Assembly (NCBI RefSeq): GCF_009914755.1
Contig: NC_060926.1
Source: the human T2T-CHM13v2.0 reference genome, Homo sapiens
Strand: one strand, 5' to 3'
Length of the DNA: 64,000 nt
Made by a program: the position numbers and the translations under genes
Shown here: piece after piece, positions 13,893 to 29,992 of the stretch
How the letters are laid out: each line of letters starts with the position of its first letter
Numbering within the stretch: the stretch's first letter is position 1
The notes under the pieces: model-generated
What the model was told of the DNA's origin: nothing
What the model saw: the letters and a program-made list of their open reading frames with translations, nothing else
Databases searched by the model: none

Positions 13893-15033
13893 TTCTGAGG
13901 GGGTTCATCCATTTAGAATTGCTGTGGGACTGTTTGTTTCTTTTCACATGGCCACAGCCCACTCCTGCTTGGTCAATATTCTATGGTGTACTTCTTCATC
14001 AAATTGCCAGAATTCTAGTTAAGTCTTCTGTTTGGGGAAACTCAACCTGAAAATTTGTATTTGAACACTAAAACATGCCCATGTTTCTGTTTTATATCCT
14101 AAGACATGAACTCAAATAGGAAGTTCCTTTTCCTGGGCTATTGAAATAGTTCTTTAGTATATTACTGTAGTGGGGAGAGAAAAAATTGTATCTTAAAACC
14201 CAAATCGCCTCCATCAGAGGGTTGGTTCTTGACCTCAGGATTTTTGCTTTGATGAGAGACTCAATGAGGGGGCCTCAGAGATATTTGGAAGGGGAGAATA
14301 CAAGGAAATTAAGAAGAATATGGAGTTTCTGGAGCAATCTTGTGAGTCAACAGAAAAAGAGAAATGAGAGAAGAAAGAGAAGCAATTGGATAATAACAGG
14401 CTAGGGTGAAGGGGCTAGTGTTGTGCCGTTGTGGAGACTTCTAGGAACAGGGACTGCCCCCATTGGTGGTCTGTGTTGCTGTGACATAAACACCCTGCTG
14501 CTCTCTGCATGCCACACCTCAGCTGGAATGAAGTCTCTGTGCACACAAGTGTATTGTGTTAATACAATGATTGTAGAGCTGGAGGAAGCAGCTGAGTTTT
14601 CCATTTAGGTGCTCTTTGGGCACAGCAGGCACAGAATGGCAAGATCACCCAAACCCTGAACTGATCTAGGAAAAGGAAGAAGTTCAATCCAGAGGTAACT
14701 ATGAGAACACCACTTCTGAGAATTTGCAAGAATCTCAGGGACTCTTTCAGGCTCCCATAAAGCATGGAATGTGAAGCGTGTGACTATCTTATCTCCATTG
14801 TAAAGGGCAGGGAGACCCCAGCTGACATATGGGTTCCATTATGGGGGTAGACTTTTGTTACAGCAGCATTGGGAATTAAGCTAATCTCTTTGTATCAGAC
14901 TTTATCTGTTTGTGGTAATATTTTGTGGAATAAGATAAGCCCTGGAATATATTCAGATGTGAGTGATAAGTGATTTTATAAGTCAGTTTTGCTCAACATG
15001 GACTATTTGACTTCTAATGCAAATCTCCTTCCT

Positions 15034-15216
15034 CCCATACCACCCCCTCAGAACACACACAAAGAACAAACCCCTAATCACCACTTTCTCTCCCATCCCA
15101 ACTCTAAATTCAGGTGAAACAATGAACGCCAGCTGCTATAAATTGACATGTGATTTTCCTTCTCTCGCGTGGCTCACCATTTTGAATCATTTTCCCCATC
15201 CTAATTTCCCTGCAGC
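15034..15216 (-). repeat. Right arm of 183-bp inverted repeat
   Basis: Reverse complement of 13710-13892 with 8 substitutions. Confidence 0.97.
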
Positions 15217-15804
15217 GGGTTCTGTTGTCTGCTTTCAGCCCTTGGCTATCCTCATGCCCAGCCCCTCCTCTGAGAAAAGGTGGCTTCACTTCCTTTTACA
15301 TCTTCAATGCACCACAGTGACCTTAGAGGCTGATGCAGGTGCTTTGGGAGACCACTTCATCAAGTGCTGCAGACAGCAAGGGCTGGGGTGAGCCATCAGC
15401 CCCTCAAAACTATGGTCTAGAACTGCCCTGGACCAGATTAGTAATGGTGACCTGGAGGTGAAAGGCTCTGTATTCCATTACCAGTCTCCTGAGTAATCTA
15501 CCTAATTCAGTATCCTTTCATTTAATTGAAACATTATTTTCTCTCTGTTAGCCAGGGCACTCAAGGTGGTATAGCAGTGTTAATCTTTCAGCTGATTTCC
15601 ATCTTTGCAGAATTACCTTTCTAGCAATTAGACCCACTGGTATAAATTTGCTTTGCTCCTTTCTGGAGTTCAACATTACAATGGAAATCTCCAAGCTCAA
15701 CACGTTTTCCTCCAGGCTGACCCAGGGCAGGTATTAATTAACTGGGGTGTTGTGAGAAGGTTGAGCTGAAAAAGCCAAGTAGGAGAATGCTACTCTTGGG
15801 ATAT

Positions 15805-15950
15805 CTCTGCGGCCAGCAGACGGACTAAAGAGGGTGAGACCCGGATGAAGAAGAATCGCATTTAAAGTTACGTGAAATGACCGCACTATTAGTGAACCGG
15901 GGAGCAGAACAATGGTTATTCTGGAAGTACATCAGTACGTTCAGGTAACA
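15805..15950. promoter_or_regulatory. CpG-retaining, motif-rich candidate enhancer/promoter
   Basis: 8 CpGs in ~130 bp in otherwise CpG-depleted DNA; ETS (ccggatg), bZIP (ttacgtga) and SOX (aacaatgg) motifs. Confidence 0.4.
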
Positions 15951-16136
15951 AATCTTCTGCATCCTTTGTTGAAATCTGAATGTAGCTAATTTGTGAACAT
16001 TCTCTAAGACACACAGGGTTACAGTGATAAACTGTCTCAGCTTGTTGGGGACTGAGAGATTCTGGGACCAGAGAGGCTTTCAGAGTAAAATTGTCAAAGT
16101 CCTGCAAAAACTAGGATGTGTTGGTCCTCCTGCTAG

Positions 16137-16399
<263 letters not shown>

Positions 16400-16764
16400 C
16401 ATGTCAGTTGATTTCTCACGTCTTGCCAAATGGCAACAATAAGTTGATACTCACCCCTCATTTTCTGTCATTTGACTTTTTCTGAAATCTGGTGTCTGCT
16501 CCTACAAACACAGAGAAATTAACCCTGGATTTTCAAGGTGGACAGGATTGCTAATTGTCAAATCCAGTGACCTTCTCTTAGAACTTGCCCTCTCTCTAGC
16601 ATTGAACACAGCTGAATACATCTCTTTTTTGAACTCTCTTCATTTGATTTCTAGAGCTGTGAAATTTTCTTACTCTTCTTTCTAACCATGTCTCTTTCTC
16701 CATTGCTTGAATTTCCACCGGCGGGCATGCCTGTTCTTTCTCTGCAGTTATTCCTATAGACGCT

Positions 16765-17300
16765 GCTGGTAATCTGCCTATTGCCCCTCAGTCCTGAATT
16801 TTATGCTCTGCTTTATGCTGCCAAGACTGGGAGTTAGCAAATTCTTACTTCCTTGGGTTCACTCGCCAGCTGGTTTGCCATTTGGCTCTGTCAGTAGAGG
16901 CACCTGGGGAAGGTCAGAAGGCAGGAGAAACTAGAAACCTCCTTCTCCTGACTCCAGCAGTGTTGGCAGTCACTCACAGGGACAGGTAGTTGCCATGGCA
17001 CAACAGAATGTAGGGGATTCTAGTCTCCAGAAGCCTAGGCAGGGGCGTGTCTTCCCAGAAGCTCCAGCCCTTGTCAATGGTGAGTCTGGAACTAAATTTT
17101 GATAGCTTTTCCAATAGCACAGAAGCCAGTGAAGCTGAAGGCTCCAGCTCAGGCACATTCAATGCATGCATCCTCTGGCTATTGGCAACCCCATCTGTTG
17201 CTCTTCTAGCCCTTTTGATATTGTCATAACAAATTCTGTGCCCTTAAGTGTGAAATATACAGAGTGGCTGGTGGTTTCCTGACTGAGTCTTGACTGATCT
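16765..17300 (+). mobile_element. ERVL solo LTR (LTR33-like)
   Basis: gccagctggtttgcc...gctctgtcagtagaggcac...tgaaatatacagagtgg...tttcctgactgagtcttgactgat. Confidence 0.6.
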
Positions 17301-17321
17301 ACTGTTGGGCTTTCAATTCTT

Positions 17322-17604
17322 TTTTTTGTTGGTTTGTTTGTTTTTGGGGGGTGGGGATGGAGCCTCACTCTGTAGCCCAGGATGGAGTGCAGTGGCACAA
17401 TCTCGGCTCACTGCAACCTCTGCCTCCCAGGTTCAAGTGATTCTCCTGTCTCCACCTCCTGAGTAACCGGGATACAGACACACGCCACCACGCCTGGCTA
17501 ATTTTTGTATTTTTAGTAGGGATGGGGTTTCGCCATGTTGTCCAAGCTGGTCTCAAACTCCTGACCACAAGTGATTCACCCGTCTCAGCTTCCCAAAATG
17601 GGAT
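17322..17604 (-). mobile_element. AluS, 5'-truncated, with TSD tttcaattctt
   Basis: Alu body; tttcaattctt occurs at 17311 and again at 17605. Confidence 0.95.
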
Positions 17605-18039
17605 TTCAATTCTTAATGATATATAAAAGACTCGACCTCGGGCCTGCATCAAAAACCACTGTCAGGACCTATCCACATGGTTGTAATGCTAGTTTATACT
17701 ATACTAGTCGTCATCCTACAGCTCTTGATCTTCCCTCCCTATTACTAAAACAGCGACTAGTGATGAAGCTATCATTCTTCTATTTATCGTGGACACTTGC
17801 CACTCCCTTGCTTCCAAAACCTAATCAACCACCAATTCTTGTCTTTTTATTAGAAAAACAAAATTATTTCACATGGGTCATTTTGTTTCCTTTCCTTGGT
17901 TTTGGCCTCTGTAACGTCAAGTCTGAACAAAAGCAATATCTTTCTCATTTGTTAAGAAAATACTATTAATACCTGCTGTCTTGTAAAGTAGTGGCTACCC
18001 TGGAGAAAGTACTTATTTACATGATTTCCAGACAAATTG

Positions 18040-18190
18040 CCTTGACTCTAGGATACGTGCTGTCTCCTCCTGCAGATGAGGTGACTGAAGCTTAGAGGTT
18101 AACTTTTCAAAAGCCACAGGGGTGTTAAGTGGAAGAGCCTGGATCTGAACCTAGGTCCTTGTCATTCCATAATGTATGTGTTTTCCTTCA
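18040..18190 (-). mobile_element. MIR SINE fragment
   Basis: cagatgaggtgactgaagcttagagg...aagtggaagagcctggatctgaacctaggtc. Confidence 0.7.
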
Positions 18191-18344
18191 GTCCCTCCCT
18201 TTTTAGTCTCTTCAACATCAAATCTGTCACATAACCAGCCTGGTTAATATTCCTAAAGTTTACTTTTAAATCACCTGACTCATAGACAGGATTCAGTAAA
18301 TACTTACTGAATGAACTGAACATACTATTCCTCTAATTAAACAC

Positions 18345-19835
18345 TTTTACAATAAAGTTTTAACAGCTTGATTGAGGTACAAAAGTCATATAATAAACTA
18401 CACGTATTCAAAGTGTACAGTATAATAGTTTTTGACACATACAAACCTGTGAAATTAATCATTACCATAATCAAGATAATGAACCTCTCCATCATTTCCT
18501 AAAGGTTCCTCAAGCCCTTTCTCATTTCTCACTCCCACCTCTCTCCACACCTACCCCCTACCTTATCCCCCAGTGATTCCCAGGAAAGCACTGATCTGCT
18601 TTCTTTCACATAGATTTATTTGCATTTTCTAGAATTTTATATAAATGGAATCAGACAGTGTGTAAGATTTTTTTCTCTAGCTTCTCTCACTCAGTGTACC
18701 TATTTTGAAACTCATCCATGTTATTTCAAGTATTGCTATTTTTATTGTTAGTGATAGCCCATTATATAAACATTAATTTGTTGATTCATTCACTTGATGG
18801 TAGCCACTTAAGTTTCTAGTTTTTAGCTATTACAAATAAAGCTTCCATTCAGCATTCACTTATTAAGTCTTTGTCTAGTCATATGGTTTTTTTCTCTTGG
18901 GTGAATGTATAGAAATGGCATGGCTGGGTCATGCGGTAAGTGTATGTTTAACTTTTTAAGAAACTGTCAAACTGTTTTCAAGTGGTTGTATCATTTTACA
19001 TGCCCACCAGCAGTGTATGAAAATTCCTGTTGTTCCACATTCTTGTCAACACTTGGTATGAACGGTCTTTTCAATATTAGCCATTGTAAAAGGTATGGTA
19101 GTATCACATTATGGTTTAAATTTTCAGCTTCCTAATGACTAATAATGTTGAGCATCTTCATGTGCTTTTTGTCATCCATACATCTTTGCTGCAGTGTCTG
19201 TTCAAATATTTTGCCCACTAAAATATTAAGATGTTTGAATTTGAGATTTCTCATTATATTTTAGATTTCAATTCTTTATCAGATATGTGATTTGCAAATA
19301 TTTTCTCCTGGTCCATGTCTTGTCTTTTCATCATTGCCTTCTGAAGAGCAGAATTTCTTACTTCTCATGAAGTCCAGTTTATCAAATTTTTGTTTAGTGC
19401 ATCATGTTTTGGTATTATATCTAGGAAAGTTTGACCTAACACAAATTCACAAAGATTTTCTCCTGTTCGTTTTCCTAGAGGTTTTAGAGTGCCAGGTTTT
19501 ACATTTAGCTCTGTAATTCATTTCGAGTTAACTTTTGTATACGGTTGTATTGGTTGAGGTTTAGTTTTTGCCAATGAATCGCCCATCTTTTTAACACCAT
19601 TTGTTGAAAAGATTGTCCTTGCTCTATTTAATTGTCTTTGCACCTTTGTTGAAAATCAATTGACCATATTTATATGGATCTGTTTCTTCTCAGTTATGTT
19701 TCAATGATCTATTTGCCCATGTTGATGTTAATACCACACTCTAATTTTTAGATCAATCTTGATGTTAGGTACTGTAAGTCCTCCAACTTTATCTTTTTGA
19801 AAGTTTTCTGGTCTATCTTAGGTCTTTTGTATTTC
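18345..19835 (-). mobile_element. Old L1M (L1MC-like) 3' UTR and ORF2 3' part
   Basis: cagcttgattgaggta...ttctagaattttatataaatggaatca...tttaactttttaagaaactgtcaaactgttttc...caccatttgttgaaaaga; heavily diverged. Confidence 0.9.
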
Positions 19836-23301
<3,466 letters not shown>

Positions 23302-23428
23302 AAATGTTAAGAGGAAACTGCTCCAGAATTCCATTCACATTTGCATACAATACAATGTGCATAATCTCTGAAGGTGCACAACAGTGATACTGGCCACCTT
23401 GCAAAGATGATACACTTCACTTTAAAGT

Positions 23429-23518
23429 CTTTTCTTGCCTTATTAAACTGGCCAGAACCTCTAATATTATATTGAGTAGAAGTGTTGAGAGTAGGCATTC
23501 TTGTCTTTTTCCTGATAA
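23429..23518 (-). mobile_element. Old L1M ORF2 fragment (probable continuation of 18345-19835)
   Basis: tcttgccttattaaactggccagaacctctaata...gagtagaagtgttgagagtaggcattcttgtc aligns as a diverged copy of 21851-21930. Confidence 0.8.
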
Positions 23519-24119
23519 GTCTTTCAACTGAATAAAATAATAGCTGCATGGGTCAATCTCTCTTTCCAAAGATCACATTAATCCTGCATTCGGTCACAGC
23601 ACAGCCAAACCATTGAAATAATGTTGTCTTTTCACATCACAAATCATCCGAATCCTTTATAGGGATATGAATTATTTAAACTGATGATCTCTTTTCAGTA
23701 CAACCACTGGACAAGAGGTAAATAATATGCATACTATAAGAAGAAATTGTATAGGAAGTTTCCAGCCAGAAAGGGCTCTCAAATATCTCATTTATTTCAT
23801 TTTTCTTTACAATTTCTAAAAATTCCAATATTTTTATGTTATTTAAAAAAGTGGATACAATGTAGAATAGCAAGATAAAAATATAGAACTAAAAGTTAAA
23901 AATGGGAATTAAATAGCATATGTCATTTAAGTTTAATTTTGATAATGACCCAAATTACCTTAAAGGTAAGCAGTTGTCAATAGATGCTTCTTACAGGCAG
24001 AATTAAAAAAAGAATTCTCTAAGTGTATAGACTGAAGGCAAAAATCAAGTTGACTAGAGCTGGAATTAAGGTTGAGAGTGTTATCCAGAGGAAGGCAGCA
24101 CCACCAGTGATGAATGATC

Positions 24120-24122
<3 letters not shown>

Positions 24123-24153
<31 letters not shown>

Positions 24154-24160
24154 CACACAC
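24123..24160. repeat. (AC)n microsatellite
   Basis: About 14 perfect AC units plus an interrupted extension. Confidence 0.95.
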
Positions 24161-24874
24161 AAAACAAACACAGTTTTATTGAATACTTGCCCAGTCTTAC
24201 TCTATAATTATACACAATAGTTTCCTAAAGAATACCTCTGAGGGTAAGTGAACTGAGGGCAGGCTCCTTTACTCCCTAAATTAAAAGACAAACGTGGATC
24301 AACCTAACTTTCTACAAAGTAATTTGATTGACATTCACTACTTCCTCCATAGATGTTATGACCGCCAATCCAATGAGATTCTTAGTAAATAAACTTTCCA
24401 AATACCCTGAGGCTTACCACAGTAATGACTCTATCCCTGTTGTGGGCCCTATCTAATTGATACCCTCTTTAAGTGCTTGTATATATTTCATTTTTTTCTC
24501 TGCAATTTTATCCCTTTCTAGATGGACATAGCTCTTTAGCAGGGGCTGTGGAAGACCCTGTATAGATGGGTGATGAAGTACTTGCTCTTCAGAAATGTGC
24601 AGTGTTGTGGGGAAAAATATTTGCATACATGAAAGATCTGCATGTAGTCAAGTGATAGAATTGGATGATATTCTGTAGCCAGTTATACCCACCTGCCTTT
24701 ACACATAGAAAAGATTCCATTGAATTCCCATTGTGAAAGAATCACATGGCCTGCTGTGTGGAGAATAGATTATAGAGGGACAACTACAGAAAAAAGGAAA
24801 CTAATTAGGAGGCTTCAATGAGAAGCCAGGGAACAGATGAGGGTGGTTTGGACTAGGGGATAATGGTAGAGAGT

Positions 24875-24896
24875 ATATGTATTTTGGTCTTAACAT

Positions 24897-24929
<33 letters not shown>

Positions 24930-25482
24930 TTTTTAAACATTGTAGCATCTTTGAAATTGGAATGAGTCTTGTGATTGATGGCTTCTTACCATCACTGCAG
25001 AACAGGAGACATAGAGATGTAGTTGCCACTTTTCTGCACATACACATAGTTGGTTTTGCATTTTTATTCTCACTCAATTGCATCACAGGTTCCTGGAGCT
25101 TTGCAACTTCAGTTCAAAATCTGCAGGAAGCAGAGCATTGCATTGCCCACTACTCTTAATGGCACTATGGATGATATTTTGTGGAAAACCATGTACTTGT
25201 ATGATTCTGAATCGAAAGTAATTAAGAAGCTAGGTTTTGAAATCAATAATCTTTTTGGAAACTTTAACCAACTTATTTCACATACACTTTCCTCATACTG
25301 AATAATGATATATGGCAAATTTATGTTTACATAAGTGTAGAGGTCTTCAAATACATATAAAATAAAAATTCTAAGCAATAGCACTGATCACAGATTGCTA
25401 GATTTTTTTTCTTTTTTAGGAATGGATAAGATAATCATGTACCTCACAATTGCTGGTAGCTTAGATTCTATAAATTACTGTA
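24875..25482 (+). mobile_element. Tc2/pogo-like DNA transposon relic (Kanga/MER104 family)
   Basis: catctttgaaattggaatgagtcttgtgattgatggc near the left end, cttagattctataaattactgta at the right end; residual peptide LNGTMDDILWK resembles a pogo-type transposase C-terminus. Confidence 0.65.
24899..24928. repeat. (TC)n microsatellite
   Basis: tctctctctc run. Confidence 0.9.
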
Positions 25483-25667
25483 TTTTGAGGGTAGATTTAA
25501 TGAGAAGAATGAGAGGGAAAGAGTCAAGGATGACTCCAAACTGTTTTGTCAGAGCAACCAATAATCTGGAGCTCCCAGTAACATAGAAAGGGAGAATTGT
25601 CCAGGGAGGAGAGTGGGGCAGGAGCCCTTCTTGGGGCATGTAAGATTTGAGATGCTTCTTAGGCATC

Positions 25668-26133
25668 TGCGTTAGTTTTCTAGGGCTGTTGTGACAAAAT
25701 ACTAAAACTGCATGGCTTAAAATAACAGACATTTATTGCCTCACAGTTGTGGAAGCTAGAAGTCTGAAATAAAGTTGTCATCATGCTCTTTCTGGTGACT
25801 CTAAGGAGGAACACTTCTTTGCCTCTTCTAGCTCCTGGGGTTTGCCCACAAGCCTCATCATTCTTTGACTTGTCCATGCATGCCTCCAGGCACATTGCCC
25901 TCTTCTCCCTCTGCATCTTCACATCATCTTCTCTCTGTTTGTGTCTGTCTCTGTATCTAAATTTTCCCTTTTATGAGGACACCAGTCATATCAGGTCAGG
26001 GTCCACCCTAATGACCTCATTTTAACTTGATTACCTCTGTAAACACTTTATTTGCAAATTAAGCCACATTCTGAGGTACTGACACTTCAACATATCTTTC
26101 AGGGGTTGGGGAGACACAAGTCAATCCATAACA
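25668..26133 (-). mobile_element. MaLR solo LTR (MLT1B/C-like)
   Basis: tgcgttagttttctagggctg...ggcttaaaataacaga...caccctaatgacctcattttaacttgattacctctgtaaa...ccataaca; flanks gcatc/acatc. Confidence 0.9.
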
Positions 26134-27390
26134 ACATCCAAGTAAAGAGGTCAAATAGACAGATGTCAACGAGGCAGTCTAAAGTCAGGAGAGAGGTTTG
26201 ATCTGGAGACAAAAATGTGGGAATCATCAGCATTCTAAATGGTATAAATAAGACTGGGTGAGATCACCAGAAAGTGAGTGTAAACAGAATGAAATTGGAA
26301 GTCATTTAGAAGTTGGGAATTGTGGAAGAAGTGTCAACATGTAATATTGGGAAGATGTGTTCTAGTGCCTCATGTAGGTGGAACTTATAAACATAATGAG
26401 TCTGCCAACCTCAGAAGAGCTTTGAACTAATTTTTTTAAATGCCTGTTACCGAAGAGAATAGGGCTGAGTAGATATTCCTAAGTCAATTTGTCTAAATAA
26501 AAACTACTCTCAAAAACACAGTCAGATAACTGGTGCTAAATTTCAGTAGAACATCCCATTAAAACTCACTAAAGAATAAAAGAAAATAGGCATGGATTCT
26601 GCATAGTGCAAAAGAGTCTAACCTTAAGTGGGCAGGCTTTCAGTTACAATATATGAAAATTTTTTGGATTATACAGTCACACAAGTAAGTTTTTCAAAAG
26701 TCAAATTTTCTAGTTGTGATGGAATTTAGAGTTGAGTGTGGTTTTCTAACATCCTGCTGACAGATGAGGAAAGGGAGGTCTGGAGCTACCCAGGGACTAA
26801 CCCAGCTAAGACGGCATACCTAAAAGGACATGACCCAAGGCCAACCGAGTCCTTTTACTTCCAGTTCAATGTGCTTTCTAGCACACTGCACCATTACACA
26901 ATTGAAAGAAAAAACACCAGAGAATTTTATGAGAAGAGTCATAACTTTAAACACAAATCAAAGCCTTATTCCAGTAACAACAAAGTAAAAATGTATAAAG
27001 ATCACAGTTGCATATCAGAATGCCATGGATATTTTATCACCATTTCATGGATCTTTAGAGTTTCATTGGACAGTAACTTAGCTTGAGAAATTCAGTTTAA
27101 ATGTTGTTAGAAACAAAAATAAGATAAAGTAAAGCTGCATCCTCCATTTAGGGCAGTTTGGTGTGAAGGCAAAGAGGACACTGAAAAGACTTCCATGAGG
27201 CAAATGCTTAAGTCTTGTTCAGTTAGTCTCAATAATTAATAAACATTAAGATTATTTGAGTATCAAAATATGACCATTCTCTCCAAATAATATGATCACC
27301 CCTCCTTGTGAATAACCCTTAAACTTTATCAATATCTTTCACTTTCAATTTGGTATAGGCTCAAACTTATAGCACTTCCATAATAAAGGT

Positions 27391-27394
<4 letters not shown>

Positions 27395-27421
<27 letters not shown>

Positions 27422-27428
27422 CCCGTCT

Positions 27429-27470
<42 letters not shown>
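27395..27470. repeat. Compound (TC)n(TG)n microsatellite
   Basis: About 13 TC units followed by about 19 TG units. Confidence 0.95.
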
Positions 27471-27476
<6 letters not shown>

Positions 27477-27529
27477 CTGAGAAAGAAAGTTCCTCAGTAA
27501 AAAGCTACTCACTAAATTATGTAGTAAAA

Positions 27530-27780
27530 AAAAGTTGAAGCTTTGCAGTTAGACCTGAATTCATACTTTAGCCTATTACTGATCAGCTATGTGACATTTC
27601 CAAGTTTCTTGATTTCTCTGGGGCTCAGACATCCTTAATTTGAGAATTGGGATGATATTACTCACTTGCAAAGATGGCTGTGCAATATAAATGACTTAGT
27701 TAAGATATATGAAATCTTAACACAGCACTTGGTACTTACTAAATATCCAAAAAATGGCTTCACAGTAAATGTTTGTTTTA
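27530..27780 (+). mobile_element. MIR SINE
   Basis: agacctgaattca...agctatgtgacatttccaagtttcttgatttctctggggctcag. Confidence 0.65.
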
Positions 27781-28560
27781 GCCATTTTTCTTCCTGTGGA
27801 CAACATCTCTGCCACTGTTTATTTTCTAGTCTATCCAGATCAGTTTGTTTTGTACACCATATTGTCATAGGTAGTAAAAACCAATACAAATATGTTTTAT
27901 AATGTTGTGTTTCTTTTTATTCAAGAATCATAAACATTTACAATCCTTCAGACACCTTTTTAGTTGATCTCTTTTTGTATTTCTTGATTCCATTCAAGTT
28001 ACAGAATAAGTAGCTCTTGTTTATGTATCAGCATATATCTGTTTACTACTTAAGACAAATACTGTTTTCCTTCTATTGAGTAAAAGAAAGAGTTGCTTTT
28101 ATAGAGTATAAATTTGAATTCATTTCATAACTGTACTTCACCCTAACTGCACAGACACCACCTTCAGGGTATATAGTACATAATCAATTTAGGAAAAAAT
28201 GATTTTGAAAAAAATCCCATTTCGTTGTGGTTTCTCACGTATTTTTAAATGACTTAAGCTATTTTTCAAAAAGCTACTTAAAAGCTTTCTAACAAAAATT
28301 TAGATCTTTCTTCTATACAATCACTACCCTGCCTATGACTAACTGATCTTTGAGGTTTAGACAGTAGCTTTGCTTAAGAAATATCTTCTAAATTTTGTCA
28401 GAAACATAAATAAAGTGTAATAAAAATGCCCCTTCCATTTGAGGAAGTTTTGTAAAAAAGCAAAGAGGAAATGAAAATGATTTCCAAAAATGTACTATTT
28501 TGCTGCATGCTCAAACTTGAGTCCTTTTTGCCTTGTATTCATTTTAAAAAGAGCCAGTTA

Positions 28561-28825
<265 letters not shown>

Positions 28826-29992
28826 AAGAACCAGCTGAGGATGATTGGGTACCAGAAGTTCAGCACCTTCAGCTTGAGGACTTGAGGTCTTTAACGAGAG
28901 GGGGAGCTGGCTGTCGTCTGTATATCTGATGGTTCCGGGAACTTGTCTAGGGAACACTTCATCACCAAAGAAACACTTCCATCACATCAAGTCTAGCACT
29001 TTCACATGTACAACTCATTTGACAAGCACCAGATGTAAATAAGTCTGCACTCAGGAGCAGGAATATGTAGAGTCCTAGCACCTTCCGTAAGAATTATAAA
29101 TTGCCCAATTTCAGGATGGAGTGAGATGCTTTAACGAAAGTTCAGAACAGCGGCAGATCTGGCACCAAATCTATTGCATGCTAATTGTTTCAGTGAGATA
29201 ATTTTGAGGTAATTACACCTCACCAACACAAGTAACCTCGTTCAAGCTGTACTTAATCCAGTGTAGCTTGCTATTTCCAAAAGGTCAGGAAATCTCTTTC
29301 CTCACCTCTAACTGCTCACCTTTCTTCGGTGCACTATGGGGATGCATAATTCCAATGGAGTGGAAATTCAGTCGGTAAATGAACCCTAGACATAAATATT
29401 CATGGCAAAAACTTTTGGAAAAAATTCAAGAAATGAGGCTAAGTAAATCACACCCCACCTCTAGAGGTGACTAAGATATGCTCTGACAATTTGCATGGAT
29501 TTGATTAAAATCTTTGCTCTGTTATTTAAGAACTATTTTCATGGCAACTGACACATCCCCTGGGCCAGTATTTGGGCACCACCTTTATGCTTTGGCTTAT
29601 TGAAGAAGAAAGCAAGTGCATTTGGAGCCTCTCAAATTGTTCTTATTCCTGTGACACTTTATTCCTTCTCTACAGTTCTGGTCCTTAAAAAAATAATTCG
29701 AAGATTTAAACATTTTCTAATGCGGAAAAATATGCCTCAACTAACATAAAATTACTTGGAAGCTTGGAATTTGTTATACGCTGTGAAGCCTGCTATTGAG
29801 TTCATTCATTGCCAAAATTGGCTAAACAACACTCAAACATTGATTCTAATGTATTCTATAAATTATAAATTCTACTAAGTCAATAACGCTGCTCCCCTTT
29901 CCCATCCAAAAATATGTATGTAGGCGTGAGATGTGTTTTATTATAAAAAACAGCCATCCTCTAGTAATAGCAATGGCTTTTCTCTTTATTAC

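Larger units (their letters stand above)
24740..26340 (-). mobile_element. L2 LINE, fragmented by Kanga-like and MLT1 insertions
   Basis: aattaggaggct...agatgagggtggtttggactaggg; agagtcaaggatgactccaa; tcaggagagaggtttgatctggaga...tgggaatcatcagcat. Confidence 0.75.

Noticed and set aside
10816-14566. Shared 14-mer attgtgttaataca at 10816 and 14553
   Set aside because: Multiple exact 14-mer matches are expected by chance in 64 kb of AT-rich DNA, and this one does not extend.
13622-15391. Paralogous small ORFs (96 aa minus strand, 124 aa plus strand) as a gene pair
   Set aside because: The similarity is confined to the inverted-repeat arms; there is no recognisable domain or splice structure.
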